Shown here piece by piece: positions 9,010 through 19,041 of a stretch of 64,000 nucleotides of DNA. Position numbers and translations under genes: made by a program. A model generated the notes under the pieces. It was not told the DNA's origin, searched no databases, and was given only the letters and a program-made list of their open reading frames with translations. Source of the DNA: Campylobacter concisus (GTDB taxonomy: Bacteria; Campylobacterota; Campylobacteria; Campylobacterales; Campylobacteraceae); NCBI GenBank assembly GCA_963549665.1, contig CAUUZE010000001.1, forward strand, positions 2,196 to 66,195, given 5' to 3'. How positions within the stretch are numbered: the stretch's first letter is position 1; each line of letters starts with the position of its first letter.

Positions 9010-10088
9010 AATTCAGCCTTTTTGTAGCTTATCTCATAGCTTAAATTTACAAATTCTTTTACGCTTATCTTTTTGTCATTAAGCGGTTCTTTAAGACTTA
9101 CTCTATAAACGCCGTTTTGATGTAGATTTTTATAGATGTAGCTTAAATTTAGATCCTCTCCAAGGCTAAGGCTAGTTGGCAGAGCCGATATAGCTTTAGC
9201 TACTTCGTCTTGAAAGAGCATATCTGCTAGCTCAAGGGTAGCTACTACCTTTATGTCTATTTTCGTGGCATTTAACACGCTTAGATTATCGGTTAGTGGC
9301 CTGACCTTTTCGGCACTTAAAAAGCTCTCCACATCTTTGCGTGTCTCTTCGCTCATGTCGGTAGTTTTTAGATAAATTTGCACTACTCCAGCACCGCCAT
9401 TTAGCACACTGCACTCAATAACCTTTGCATTTGCACTTAGTGTTTGATAAGTATATGCTTTAGCACTGCCTGCAGTTGAGAAACGCTCTAGGCTTAAAAC
9501 TGCACGCTCTCTTAGTCTCTCATCGCTTTCACGCTCGGCTCCGCCTTCAAACTCACTTAGCTGTTTTGCTTTTAGGACAAAAGGTAGCGGTGTTTGGATA
9601 TATTCGCACTTTGCTTTGCTGGTTTTTGTAAACTCATCTAAGATGATCGCTCCAACAGCTTTTAGCTCGTTTGCTGTTATTACAACTTCACTTTTTAAGC
9701 TAGCTATTTCACCATTTTCGCTGCGTAAAATTAGCCCTTTTGGCAAATATGTATCGCTGCTTCTTGGCATTGAAAGACTAAACTCACACTGCGCCGTTGG
9801 CCTCTCTCCTTTTAACCTCTCTATGCCATAAATCGCTACTATGTTATCAAGGTCGTTTCCAGTAGAAAATGGCAGCAACATAGCCTTAACGCTATCATTT
9901 ATCCTGGCTCGCAAGAGCAGTTCTCTATAAGCCAATGTTTCAAGTAAAGCCGAGTAGTTGTCGCTTTCAAGTAGTGAAATTTCATCATCAGTTAAATGTT
10001 CTTTAAAAAGGTTTTTAACATTATTTAAAATTTCATCATATTTAAGCACCTCAATAACGTTTGGATATGGAAGTTGTTTTAAATTCAT
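9006..10088 (-). CDS. Baseplate J-like protein
   Basis: AYRELLLRARIND, GNDLDN, ESDERLRER, STAGS motifs. Confidence 0.92.
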   Translation of the reverse strand: MNLKQLPYPNVIEVLKYDEILNNVKNLFKEHLTDDEISLLESDNYSALLETLAYRELLLRARINDSVKAMLLPFSTGNDLDNIVAIYGIERLKGERPTAQCEFSLSMPRSSDTYLPKGLILRSENGEIASLKSEVVITANELKAVGAIILDEFTKTSKAKCEYIQTPLPFVLKAKQLSEFEGGAERESDERLRERAVLSLERFSTAGSAKAYTYQTLSANAKVIECSVLNGGAGVVQIYLKTTDMSEETRKDVESFLSAEKVRPLTDNLSVLNATKIDIKVVATLELADMLFQDEVAKAISALPTSLSLGEDLNLSYIYKNLHQNGVYRVSLKEPLNDKKISVKEFVNLSYEISYKKAEL

Positions 10089-10372
10089 GCTCTTACCTCT
10101 ATCTCATCACCACTCATAAGCACTACTTTAAAGCTAAGCTTATGATCTTTTAGACCCATAAGACGAACTTCATCGATCTTTACTCTCTTTTCCCATTTTT
10201 CAACCGCCTCTATCACAAAGCACGCCAGATCAGCACGAAATTCATCATCTACCTTGCGATCTATTAGCTCATAAATTCTGCTGCCATACTCAGGCAGCAT
10301 CACACGAGAGCCAAGTGGAGTTAGGAGTATGTCTTTGATAGAGTTTTCTATATCAATTAGATATTTCATCAC
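10085..10372 (-). CDS. Baseplate wedge gpW/gp25 family
   Basis: ILLTPLGSRVMLPEYGS, WEKRV. Confidence 0.92.
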   Translation of the reverse strand: MMKYLIDIENSIKDILLTPLGSRVMLPEYGSRIYELIDRKVDDEFRADLACFVIEAVEKWEKRVKIDEVRLMGLKDHKLSFKVVLMSGDEIEVRA

Positions 10373-10983
10373 TAATCCCTCGCAAGTCCGTTATTTTTAT
10401 GATCTGTTAGGCTGCCACGTGCATCACTTACACTGCCGCCAAAGTTTGCATTACCACCTGCTGTGATTGAGCCAGTGATCCTTACATCTCCATTTATCTC
10501 AAAGCTACCACTACCGCCACCGCTTCCTGCGGTATTTATTGACCCTTCAATGAGTGTGTTGCCGAGCAGCTTGATATCCCCGCTTTTTATAGTGGTATCG
10601 CTAGCTTCTACCATCACATTTTTAGCCTTTACATTTGCGTTATCGCAAGTTATGTTTATAAGCTTTGGAGATGAAATTTCAAGGCAAGAGCTAGAGCTGT
10701 CATAGCTCATCTTTATGCCATCTTCAAAACTTACATGCACCTTTTTATCAGTAGCGTCTGCCTTGTGAGAACTTTGATAAAGCCCACGAAGCACCACGCC
10801 TGAGTTTAACTCATCATGCACAGGTAGCACTAGCACTTGCTCTCCTACACGTATTGGTGAAAAGCTCACTGCATAAGAATTGGCATGTGCTTGAAATACC
10901 GGCAAAAAATCAGTTACCATCGAACCAATGGCAACTTTTGCACGGTCTGCTCTTACTTCACTGATAATTCCAACTTCAATCAT
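10372..10983 (-). CDS. Baseplate spike gpV
   Basis: PIRVGEQVLVL OB-fold, beta-repeat C-terminus. Confidence 0.9.
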   Translation of the reverse strand: MIEVGIISEVRADRAKVAIGSMVTDFLPVFQAHANSYAVSFSPIRVGEQVLVLPVHDELNSGVVLRGLYQSSHKADATDKKVHVSFEDGIKMSYDSSSSCLEISSPKLINITCDNANVKAKNVMVEASDTTIKSGDIKLLGNTLIEGSINTAGSGGGSGSFEINGDVRITGSITAGGNANFGGSVSDARGSLTDHKNNGLARD

Positions 10984-11359
10984 TTATATGCTCGCTAAAT
11001 TTTTTATTTCTTGGCATTCTTGTGTACTTTACGCTATGCTTGATCTCTTTTACATCATCATGTATTTCATTGAGCTTCTCTTTATTTATGGCAAAATTTG
11101 CTGCTAAAATATCGCTTAGTTTTTCAGTGGCGCTACTTTGTTTATTTATCGCTTCACTATTTTTATTCACCACATCGATCATCAAATCAGTGTTTTTGCT
11201 CGTGTATCTGCTAAGCAGCCAAAAGATCACCACGAAGCCTATAAAACCAAAAATCGCCATAAAAACGATAAATTCATTTAACCCCCATGATCCAGCTAAA
11301 TTTATTAGTCCTGCTGTCTCTCTTATCTCGTCACTAAAATTTAAGCTACTATTTTCCAT
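10976..11359 (-). CDS. Putative holin-like membrane protein
   Basis: TM segment plus coiled coil; in lysis cassette. Confidence 0.5.
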   Translation of the reverse strand: MENSSLNFSDEIRETAGLINLAGSWGLNEFIVFMAIFGFIGFVVIFWLLSRYTSKNTDLMIDVVNKNSEAINKQSSATEKLSDILAANFAINKEKLNEIHDDVKEIKHSVKYTRMPRNKKFSEHIND

Positions 11360-11582
11360 CCGCTATCCCTATGCATTGTTTTAATAGATCCTCGCACTTT
11401 AAAAAATAAATCATCTTCGCCTTGTGTGCTTCAAAGCTACCATCATTATTTGGCTTGTCTGGCATTACAGCATTGCAGCGCACTGGTGTTAGTTTTTCTT
11501 TGTAGATGATGGTTGGCTCTTTAAAAGCACAACCACAAAGAAGCACACCTAATGGCAATAAGCCTAATCGCATCAATTTCAT
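11349..11582 (-). CDS. Putative o-spanin lipoprotein
   Basis: Lipobox-like LLCGC; follows i-spanin candidate. Confidence 0.65.
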   Translation of the reverse strand: MKLMRLGLLPLGVLLCGCAFKEPTIIYKEKLTPVRCNAVMPDKPNNDGSFEAHKAKMIYFLKCEDLLKQCIGIADGK

Positions 11583-11923
11583 CTCTCGCCCTCAAAAAAT
11601 AACTCTTGGTAAGCCTTTAGCTTGGCCTCACAACTTTCATCTTTTAAATAAATTTTTTCTACTCTCTTAACCTCTTTGATAGGTTTTTGCTCTACCTTTA
11701 CGCTCATCTTTGAAATAGCTTCATTTTGACTTTCAATGACGCTATTTGCTGCCTTTAAATTTTGCTTTGACGTGTTAAGATCAAGAGCAATGCTTTTTAT
11801 CTCAAGGTTCTTTTTATCGATGCTTGCATTTAAAAAATGTATTTTTAGTGCCAAACTACCAATACATAGCAAAAAAACGGCACCAAAAATGATGCAAATT
11901 TTGGTATTAAGCAAGTAACCCAC
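11579..11923 (-). CDS. Putative i-spanin
   Basis: N-terminal TM plus coiled coil with C-terminal Cys; follows endolysin. Confidence 0.6.
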   Translation of the reverse strand: MGYLLNTKICIIFGAVFLLCIGSLALKIHFLNASIDKKNLEIKSIALDLNTSKQNLKAANSVIESQNEAISKMSVKVEQKPIKEVKRVEKIYLKDESCEAKLKAYQELFFEGER

Positions 11924-12344
11924 TTAGCACCTTCTTTGCTCGGTTCGGCGTTTGTTTTGCCCAAAGGCTATCTAGTCCATTCTTATAGGCTGCCTCATAT
12001 TCGCCAGACTTTATAAAATTAAGAGTGGTAACAAATTTTTTAACTTTTGGCACTCCCATTTGATAACACATCTCTATTACCACGTCTTGGACATTTTTTG
12101 GCTTATCTTCCAGCCAAGGAAAAGCTTCACAAACGCTAGGTATGAGCTTAATAAGCTTCATCTCTAAAATCTGATCTGCTACCGCTTTACTCATAGGCTC
12201 AACCTTGCCACCATTTAAAAATAGTTCGTCTTTACTAAGAGATGAAACCTCAAAGCCATATCCGACAGTAGGATACCCACGAGTATCCTGATATATGTAG
12301 CTTTTAAAGCCTTCGTTCTCTTTTATGTTTTCTTTTAAGCTCAT
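11907..12344 (-). CDS. Endolysin, T4-type lysozyme
   Basis: E-x8-D-x5-T triad (NEGFKSYIYQDTRGYPTVGYG); SLWAKQTPNRA. Confidence 0.92.
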   Translation of the reverse strand: MSLKENIKENEGFKSYIYQDTRGYPTVGYGFEVSSLSKDELFLNGGKVEPMSKAVADQILEMKLIKLIPSVCEAFPWLEDKPKNVQDVVIEMCYQMGVPKVKKFVTTLNFIKSGEYEAAYKNGLDSLWAKQTPNRAKKVLSGLLA

Positions 12345-12709
12345 AAATCTTCGTTCTCCTCATCCCTGTATATATCAACTTCTACTACAAAGCTATACTT
12401 AAAAAGGCTATCTTCAAAGCCATCAAATTTCATCTCACTTATGGCATCTTCACCAAAGATCGCAGACTTTGCGATAAATCTTTGCCTTAACTCATCAAGC
12501 CTAGATAGAGCGCTAAAATTATCATCAACTAGCGAACGAGATGCAAAAATGATCCTAAAACTCGCACGATCCTTTTTCCAAGCCACACTTTTTATGCCGT
12601 CAAAAAGTAGATAAACTCCGCCCTGAGGGCTTGCTTTTGATATGCAAATAGCTTCAGGTGCTATCTGTTTTAAAGACTTGTAAATTTGGACTAGATCATT
12701 CATACGCAC
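12341..12709 (-). CDS. Hypothetical virion protein (tail completion-like)
   Basis: ORF in head-tail region, overlapping neighbours. Confidence 0.5.
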   Translation of the reverse strand: MRMNDLVQIYKSLKQIAPEAICISKASPQGGVYLLFDGIKSVAWKKDRASFRIIFASRSLVDDNFSALSRLDELRQRFIAKSAIFGEDAISEMKFDGFEDSLFKYSFVVEVDIYRDEENEDL

Positions 12710-13008
12710 TCCAACCTAATGAAACTGTTAAATGTTGGCTTGCTTTCAAGTGGGCTTGCTTTTATCTCGCTTATAGCTTTACTCAAAAGCAAACTATCCT
12801 CTTCGCTTAGAGCGATTTTTAGATATAGTTTTAAGCGGATGAGAGCAAAGTCCATCATTGCCCAGCTCTTTACTACTCGTCCATTGCACTCTTCGTAGGT
12901 TTCATGAGTAGCCACATCAAGAGCCTCATCTGTGATCTCTTCTGGGTTAAAAAGTACCGATTTAGCTCTTTTTGAAAAAGCCTCTTTAAATTCAGCTTGC
13001 GCGATCAT
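12700..13008 (-). CDS. Hypothetical virion protein (head-tail connector-like)
   Basis: Helical 102 aa ORF two genes after capsid. Confidence 0.5.
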   Translation of the reverse strand: MIAQAEFKEAFSKRAKSVLFNPEEITDEALDVATHETYEECNGRVVKSWAMMDFALIRLKLYLKIALSEEDSLLLSKAISEIKASPLESKPTFNSFIRLECV

Positions 13009-13271
13009 TTCTGCTTGTTTTTCTTGTCTGACTTTGCAGATGAGCCAAGCTCATCTTTGGGATCAGCTCCGTCAGTTGTATCCTGTACTAAAGATGTGTC
13101 TGACTTCGTAGACGATAGCTCAGGTTCTGCAGATGACTCAGGTTTATTTAGTGGCTCTATCATTAGAGCTTTTTCATAAGCCTCTGCTTTTTCTTGCTCT
13201 AAAGTTACGATCTCGCCAGTCCTTACAAAGCTGCCATCTATCGCACTATCTTTTAAAACTATAAATTCCAT
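13005..13271 (-). CDS. Hypothetical phage protein
   Basis: Start MEFIVLKD after AAGGAG; low-complexity C-terminus. Confidence 0.6.
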   Translation of the reverse strand: MEFIVLKDSAIDGSFVRTGEIVTLEQEKAEAYEKALMIEPLNKPESSAEPELSSTKSDTSLVQDTTDGADPKDELGSSAKSDKKNKQK

Positions 13272-13282
13272 TAATTCTCCTT

Positions 13283-14182
13283 TTAAAGAGTTGCTATGCT
13301 GACCCATTTTTTGATTATGATCTCATAATCCACACTTGCATCAAAGATGTATTTTAGTGCTCTCTCTTCTGGGTCATACCAACGGTTGCGATTTATATCA
13401 AGGCATACGCCAAGAACTAAATTTTTAAGCGGAGTAGCCATGTAAACGCCTTTTGGCATTAAAGGACTAACTTCAAGCTTTACACCAAGCACACGATCAG
13501 CATTGCCATTTATTAGGTAGGTTGGTGCATTTAACGCTGAAATTTCTTTGTTGTACTCCTGCATGTCAGCTGCACTTATTAAGATTACGCTATCGGCCAA
13601 GGCATCTGGGTTGATTGATTGGGCAAGTGCTGTTAAGCGTTTGCTTACACTATCATTTGCGACATAAGTAACTTTTGTGACGTCATTACTATCTTTTGCT
13701 GTTTGTATCCAGCCTTTATGTAGCGTCTCAAAGCTATTTGCATAAGTATCACTTGTACCACTAAAGCCAAGGAGTGCAAGATCATTACCGAAAATTTTTC
13801 CAAAAGAGTTAAATGTTTCACTCTCAAAATTTGGATTATTTTGGTTGTCTGCTAGTGCGTCTTGAAGTATCCTTGAAAAAAGCTGCACGCTTTTTGCTTC
13901 AAGCTTTACACCTGCTTTTTTAAGCTGCGTTCTTTGTGTATCGCTTGGTTTTTCGCCACTTGCTACACGTACCAAAACGCCCCTCATAGTATCCCAGCCA
14001 TCAAGCTCTTTAGTTAAGCGGCTCATCTTTTCAACATGAATTTTTTGCAAAAATTCACTATTGTCTTTAATCACATTTATAAGGCTGTTTGCTTGCTCTG
14101 GAGTTAAGCTACCACTTAGTGTCGCACTAGTAGCATTCATGCTGCCTTTTGCAATATCTTTTAAACCAAGTCCCTCTAACAT
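13283..14182 (-). CDS. Major capsid protein
   Basis: 299 aa after protease; GSLTPEQA, FGNDLALLGF, TPLKNLV (P2 gpN-like). Confidence 0.85.
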   Translation of the reverse strand: MLEGLGLKDIAKGSMNATSATLSGSLTPEQANSLINVIKDNSEFLQKIHVEKMSRLTKELDGWDTMRGVLVRVASGEKPSDTQRTQLKKAGVKLEAKSVQLFSRILQDALADNQNNPNFESETFNSFGKIFGNDLALLGFSGTSDTYANSFETLHKGWIQTAKDSNDVTKVTYVANDSVSKRLTALAQSINPDALADSVILISAADMQEYNKEISALNAPTYLINGNADRVLGVKLEVSPLMPKGVYMATPLKNLVLGVCLDINRNRWYDPEERALKYIFDASVDYEIIIKKWVSIATL

Positions 14183-14946
14183 TAAAGTATTCCTCCTACT
14201 ATTCTGTCATTTGTTTTCTCTATATTTTTGCTTTGTTTGCTATCTTTTGCGACATCCTCAAGCTCGCTTATACGCTTCTCAAAGCCAAGGAGCTTCTTGT
14301 TAAGCTCATCCATATCTTCAACAAGCATCTTTTTTATCTCCTCTGCTTGTGAAATTTCTTTTGTTTCTTTTTCCACTTTATCCTCTCCTTTTTTAGTTTT
14401 TTCAAATTTCTTTAGTAGCTCATTAAAACCATTTGCTATGGCAGCAGCTATTGAAGTATCGTTTTTTTGTACCTCTTCACGCTTCGCAAATCCTGCCATT
14501 GAAAGTCCTGCGATCTCGCCACTTTTTATAAGTTCTTTTAGCTCGTCGCTTTCTATCTTGATACCAACTGCCCAGCTTCCCACCTTCTCGCTCTTAAAGA
14601 GAGCATCGTTCTCTCTTACTATCCAGCTCTCAGCCACGTATGCTTTGCCGTCTGGCTTAAAGTCATGCTCCTTGTCTATGTTTTGACCTTTTAGATCCTT
14701 CATAAAAGCATAAGCAGCCTTTTCAATCTCCGCCGCGTCCGTAAAATCCCCCTGAGTGTCTACTTCATCTGGTGAATATACGATCCCATATACAACGCCT
14801 TTTTCTTCGTCAAATTTGGCGATGCTCACATCTTTTTCAAAGCTTGGCTCACTCGCGTCACTTTTATAAATGATGCTCTTTTTGTTTGCACCAGCTTTTA
14901 CAAGAGATATGTGCGTGATACTTAGGTTAGTTAGTTTGTTTGCCAT
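14182..14946 (-). CDS. Prohead protease/scaffold (XkdF-like)
   Basis: ISLVKAGAN, VYGIVYSPDEVDTQGD, IDKEH, GLSMAG; coiled C-terminus. Confidence 0.85.
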   Translation of the reverse strand: MANKLTNLSITHISLVKAGANKKSIIYKSDASEPSFEKDVSIAKFDEEKGVVYGIVYSPDEVDTQGDFTDAAEIEKAAYAFMKDLKGQNIDKEHDFKPDGKAYVAESWIVRENDALFKSEKVGSWAVGIKIESDELKELIKSGEIAGLSMAGFAKREEVQKNDTSIAAAIANGFNELLKKFEKTKKGEDKVEKETKEISQAEEIKKMLVEDMDELNKKLLGFEKRISELEDVAKDSKQSKNIEKTNDRIVGGIL

Positions 14947-15138
14947 CTTTTTACCTCTTTCATTTTTAAGCCAAAAGGCTCTTTGCTAGTGGGCATTTTA
15001 TAAGAAAGGCTATTTTTAAAAATGCTAAATAATGGCCATTTGCTAATGGTTTAAAAAATTTTTCAGATAAATTTACCCCTAGCGTAGATTAAAGATTTAT
15101 GGTCTTAGTCTTTGCTCAAATTTAGGTAATAATAAGGA

Positions 15139-16206
15139 GTGAGTGTGGAGAACAAATTTATTTTTAAGTCAGATACTCCGAGTTTGCAACTCTCGTCTGA
15201 TGTGCAAAACGGCGATTATATAGAGCCTTTTATAAGTTTTAGTGATCTTTTAGAGCTTCACTATGCAAACGTATATCACCGCCGTGCCATAAAAATAAAA
15301 GCCAATATGCTCTCTCAGATAGAAATAGACGAGAGCGATCTGGCAAAGTTTTTACCTCAAAATGTAAGTGAGAAAGAGTTTTTATTTGAGTTTTGCTATA
15401 ACCTAGAGCTTTTTGGCAATGCTCCTATTGAAAAAGCTGGAGCTAAGACAAACTATAAACTCTACAATATACCAGCTCATGAGTGGCGAACCAATAAAGA
15501 TAAGCAAATGTTTCAGGTAGGCAAATCTGGTAAAAAGATAAAACTTGATGGATACTATCTTAAATTTTATTCTCCAAGCTCAAGATACTACGGCGAGCCA
15601 GACTATCTTGCAGCTATGTGTCAGATTTTGACAAATAGGCAAGCAGACATGTATAACTACTCATTTTTCCAAAATGGAGCAAGACCTGATCTTGCTATCA
15701 TTCATGAAAACTCAGAGCCTAGCGAAGAGCAAATAGCAGCTTACAAAAAATTTTTTAGTGAAAACTATAAAGGAAGTGCCAATGCGCATAAAACACTCCT
15801 ATGCTACACAAACTCGATTGGCGAAAAGGATGCAAAAATTCGTTTTGAAAAGCTATCGGAAGTGCAAGACCTAAGCTTTAAAGCACTAAAGGAAGTAAGC
15901 CGTGATGAGATAGCAGCTGCCCATGGCATACCACCACGTCTGCTTGGTATCATTCAAAGTGCCCAGCTTGGCGGAAGTGGAGAGCTTATAGGCCAACTTC
16001 ACCAGTTTAACGAGCTTGAGATAAAACCAAAAATAGAGCTAATAGAAGGCTTTTTTAGAAGTATCGGTATAAAAGTGGTATTAAGTGCTGTTGATGTAAC
16101 GAATTTTAAAGATGATGGCGAGATAGTTACACAGCTTGTTGAAAGAGGGATCATCTCAATTTCTGAAGCCAGAAGTATACTTGGCTGGCAAAAGAATATT
16201 GAGTAG
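15139..16206 (+). CDS. Portal protein (PBSX/P2-like)
   Basis: YYGEPDY, FFQNGARP, IAAAHGIPPRLLG. Confidence 0.92.
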   Translation: MSVENKFIFKSDTPSLQLSSDVQNGDYIEPFISFSDLLELHYANVYHRRAIKIKANMLSQIEIDESDLAKFLPQNVSEKEFLFEFCYNLELFGNAPIEKAGAKTNYKLYNIPAHEWRTNKDKQMFQVGKSGKKIKLDGYYLKFYSPSSRYYGEPDYLAAMCQILTNRQADMYNYSFFQNGARPDLAIIHENSEPSEEQIAAYKKFFSENYKGSANAHKTLLCYTNSIGEKDAKIRFEKLSEVQDLSFKALKEVSRDEIAAAHGIPPRLLGIIQSAQLGGSGELIGQLHQFNELEIKPKIELIEGFFRSIGIKVVLSAVDVTNFKDDGEIVTQLVERGIISISEARSILGWQKNIE

Positions 16207-16219
16207 GATAAAAATAGTG

Positions 16220-16256
16220 TTTAAAAACGTTTAAACCCCCTTTAAAAACGTTTAAA
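16220..16256. repeat. 16-bp direct repeat TTTAAAAACGTTTAAA x2
   Basis: Copies at 16220-16235 and 16241-16256, between portal and terminase. Confidence 0.8.
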
Positions 16257-16304
16257 TAATAAAAGGCAATACAAATGTATTCTAATAATATAAAAGGGCT
16301 TTAA

Positions 16305-17873
16305 ATGGCTTATAACGAAGAGTTTAAAAAAGAGTGTATAAATTTATTAAAAAGTGGCGTGAGCTCAGTGCTAGTTTCAAAGCAAATGAACGTATCTCGC
16401 CCAACATTACAAAAGTGGTTAGAGCAGGCAAATGATGAATTTAGTCTTGATGATGGTGTAAAGGCACTAAAAAAGCAGGTTGAGTGTTTAAGCAAAAAGA
16501 AAAAGTTAGTCCCTGATGAGACGGCCCAGCTTGCTGATCTTATAGTGGCGTTAAATAAGATCGAGAGCAAAAACAAAGCAGCCAAAGAGCAAAAAGCCTA
16601 TGTTTTGCCACCAGTAAGCTTAGACAAAAGTGCCAAAATTTTAAGAGATGAGATAGTAAAAGATGGCGAACTGTTTGCTTATCAAAAAGAATTTTTGCAA
16701 AGCGATGCTCAGTTTCGTATCGTACTAAAATCGCGCCAGATAGGCTTTAGCTACGTGGCAGCAGCTGACGCACTTATAGGAGCAGTTGGCGGTAGAAACC
16801 AGCTATTTTTATCCGCTTCAGAAGAACAAGCGCTAATCCTAATGAGATATTTAAAACTATGGTCTGATAGGTTTGGAGTGGCTTTAGCAAAAGATAGTGA
16901 GACTGAGATAAAGCTAGAAAATGGCGCTATTATAAAAGCTCTCGCTCACAACTTTCGTACAGTTCAAGGTTTTACTGGTGATATTTGGATGGATGAGTTT
17001 GCATGGTACCCAAACCCTAAGAAAATTTGGCACGCTTTTGTGCCAAGCATCGGTGCTGTTAAAGGTCGCTTAACAATACTTTCAACACCATTTGAAGAAA
17101 AGAGCCTTTTTCATGAGCTGTACTTTGACGAGCAAAAGTATAAGATGTTTAAGCGGTTCCATGTTGATATTTATAGAGCTATGGGAGATGGGCTAGAGTT
17201 TGACCTTGAAACCATGAAAGCACTCTTTGATGCTGATACATGGGCTAGTGCTTATGAATGCGTCTTTATAGATGATGAGAGCAGCCTACTGTCTATTACG
17301 CTTATCAAAAGCTGCATAGATGAAAAGCTTAGCTATTTTAGCCCAAGCTCAAACACTCCGCTGCTTTGTGGGTATGATATAGGAAGAGTTAGCGACCGTT
17401 CAACACTTGCAAGTGTGATCAATAGCGATGATACATATACTCTTGCTATGCTTAATGTGCTTGCAAAAGCCAGCTTTAAAGAGCAAGAAGATGTCTTAAG
17501 CTCTCACCTGCGCTCCTACCCACTAGCAACCCTTGATATGGATAAAACCGGCATCGGTCTAAATTTAACAGAAACTATGCATGCTAAATTTAAAAGTAGG
17601 GTAAATGGAGTATATTTTACAGCTGGCACAAAGGAGCAAATGGCTCTAAATTTAAAGAAACTATTTGAAGATAAAAAGATAAGCATACCAAACGATCCAC
17701 TTTTAATCAGTGATCTTCACGCCATAAAACGCACAGCAGGAACAAAAAGCTTTAAGTATGATGCAAAAAGAAACGAGTATGGTCACGCAGATAGGTTTTG
17801 GGCGTTAGCTCTAGCTTGTCGTAAGATAGAGGCTGTTGTAAAACGAAAAGGTGGTGGAGCTGTGATATTATAA
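16305..17873 (+). CDS. Terminase large subunit with N-terminal HTH
   Basis: KSRQIGFS Walker A, IWMDEFAW Walker B, GYDIG and HADRFWALALA nuclease motifs. Confidence 0.93.
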   Translation: MAYNEEFKKECINLLKSGVSSVLVSKQMNVSRPTLQKWLEQANDEFSLDDGVKALKKQVECLSKKKKLVPDETAQLADLIVALNKIESKNKAAKEQKAYVLPPVSLDKSAKILRDEIVKDGELFAYQKEFLQSDAQFRIVLKSRQIGFSYVAAADALIGAVGGRNQLFLSASEEQALILMRYLKLWSDRFGVALAKDSETEIKLENGAIIKALAHNFRTVQGFTGDIWMDEFAWYPNPKKIWHAFVPSIGAVKGRLTILSTPFEEKSLFHELYFDEQKYKMFKRFHVDIYRAMGDGLEFDLETMKALFDADTWASAYECVFIDDESSLLSITLIKSCIDEKLSYFSPSSNTPLLCGYDIGRVSDRSTLASVINSDDTYTLAMLNVLAKASFKEQEDVLSSHLRSYPLATLDMDKTGIGLNLTETMHAKFKSRVNGVYFTAGTKEQMALNLKKLFEDKKISIPNDPLLISDLHAIKRTAGTKSFKYDAKRNEYGHADRFWALALACRKIEAVVKRKGGGAVIL

Positions 17874-17884
17874 AAAAGAAATAA

Positions 17885-18571
17885 CTAGATAGAAGTCTTT
17901 TCTAGTTCTTTAATAAAATTTTTAAAAATAGTTTCACTATTATAAGGTATTGGTAAAATTTGTTTTAGCTGTTCAAATCTGGTAAAAAATAAATTTTTAA
18001 GTTCATCGTCTTTTATTTTTAAAAACAGCTTGGCTTTTTTTAGCCAGTATGGCACAGATGGAGATATGAAAGCAAGTGCTTTATTAAAAGCTTCTCTCTT
18101 GTTTTGGAATTCTATATTTATATCATTTGCTCCACAAATTTCTAAAATAATTACATCTAGCATAATATTTAATGCCTGCATATATTTTTCTTCATTGCAC
18201 AAAACGCACGTCATATGCATTTTCGTGATACAAAAACGTTCAAATTTATAATCTGACAAATATTGAATTAGTTTTTTATTTAAAATTCTCCATAAAATAT
18301 CGTTTAATAAAGGCTCTCGTCCGAACTCTGACTTTAATTCACGATGAGCTATCGGCACTTCTTCACTATAAGCTTCTTTTAAAAAATCTATACTAAATAT
18401 CCCAAATGGAGTAATGCTTAAAATATATTCATACTCATCCTTTTGCTTTTCTGTCATTGGCGTTTTTATCCCATTAATACTTCTAATAAAAACAAAATTT
18501 TGACAATTTTTGCATTTAGTTTTTCTGGATAGTTCTTTTTTAAAATCATTATTACAGTAAGGACAAAGCAT
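17885..18571 (-). CDS. AT-rich moron protein with N-terminal zinc ribbon
   Basis: CPYC...CKNC; visibly more AT-rich than neighbours; own extended -10. Confidence 0.75.
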   Translation of the reverse strand: MLCPYCNNDFKKELSRKTKCKNCQNFVFIRSINGIKTPMTEKQKDEYEYILSITPFGIFSIDFLKEAYSEEVPIAHRELKSEFGREPLLNDILWRILNKKLIQYLSDYKFERFCITKMHMTCVLCNEEKYMQALNIMLDVIILEICGANDINIEFQNKREAFNKALAFISPSVPYWLKKAKLFLKIKDDELKNLFFTRFEQLKQILPIPYNSETIFKNFIKELEKTSI

Positions 18572-18591
18572 GTTAAACCCTTTTTTATGAA

Positions 18592-18600
18592 ATTATATCA
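18592..18600 (-). promoter_or_regulatory. Extended -10 promoter (TGATATAAT)
   Basis: TGnTATAAT about 20 nt upstream of the ATG at 18571. Confidence 0.55.
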
Positions 18601-19032
18601 CTTGATGTTATTAATGGAACTTGTTATAAATTTTACTGTCTCATCTCCTATATCCTTAGCTAACTGCTCTTTTGCCTTTACAAAGCTAGCGCTACTTATA
18701 TACTCGCTAAAAGCTTTCTCAAGATATGGGTTTGCCTTTGTGCCAGGGTGATTTACGCTTTTGCCAAAAATTTGGCCGCTCTTTTTGTTTGCAAGAGCCT
18801 TCATCTTTTTTGGCTTTATAACATGTGGCCTTGTACCAAAATATACAAATTTAGCATAAGGTGCAAGCTTTGTATTTCCCACACTTATGCTAAAACTATC
18901 TATCTTCTCGTCAAAAACTTGTATATCTTTTTTAAGATTACCAGTTTTATATGGCGCTACTTGCTTCGCTCTATATCTTACCCCTGAGCCTATGCGAAAT
19001 AAAAACCTTTTAAAAGCACTATTAAAATTCAT
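18598..19032 (-). CDS. HK97 gp10-like/virion morphogenesis protein
   Basis: APYKTGNLK, YAKFVYFGTRPH, HPGTKANPYL. Confidence 0.8.
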   Translation of the reverse strand: MNFNSAFKRFLFRIGSGVRYRAKQVAPYKTGNLKKDIQVFDEKIDSFSISVGNTKLAPYAKFVYFGTRPHVIKPKKMKALANKKSGQIFGKSVNHPGTKANPYLEKAFSEYISSASFVKAKEQLAKDIGDETVKFITSSINNIK

Positions 19033-19041
19033 TAAAACCTG

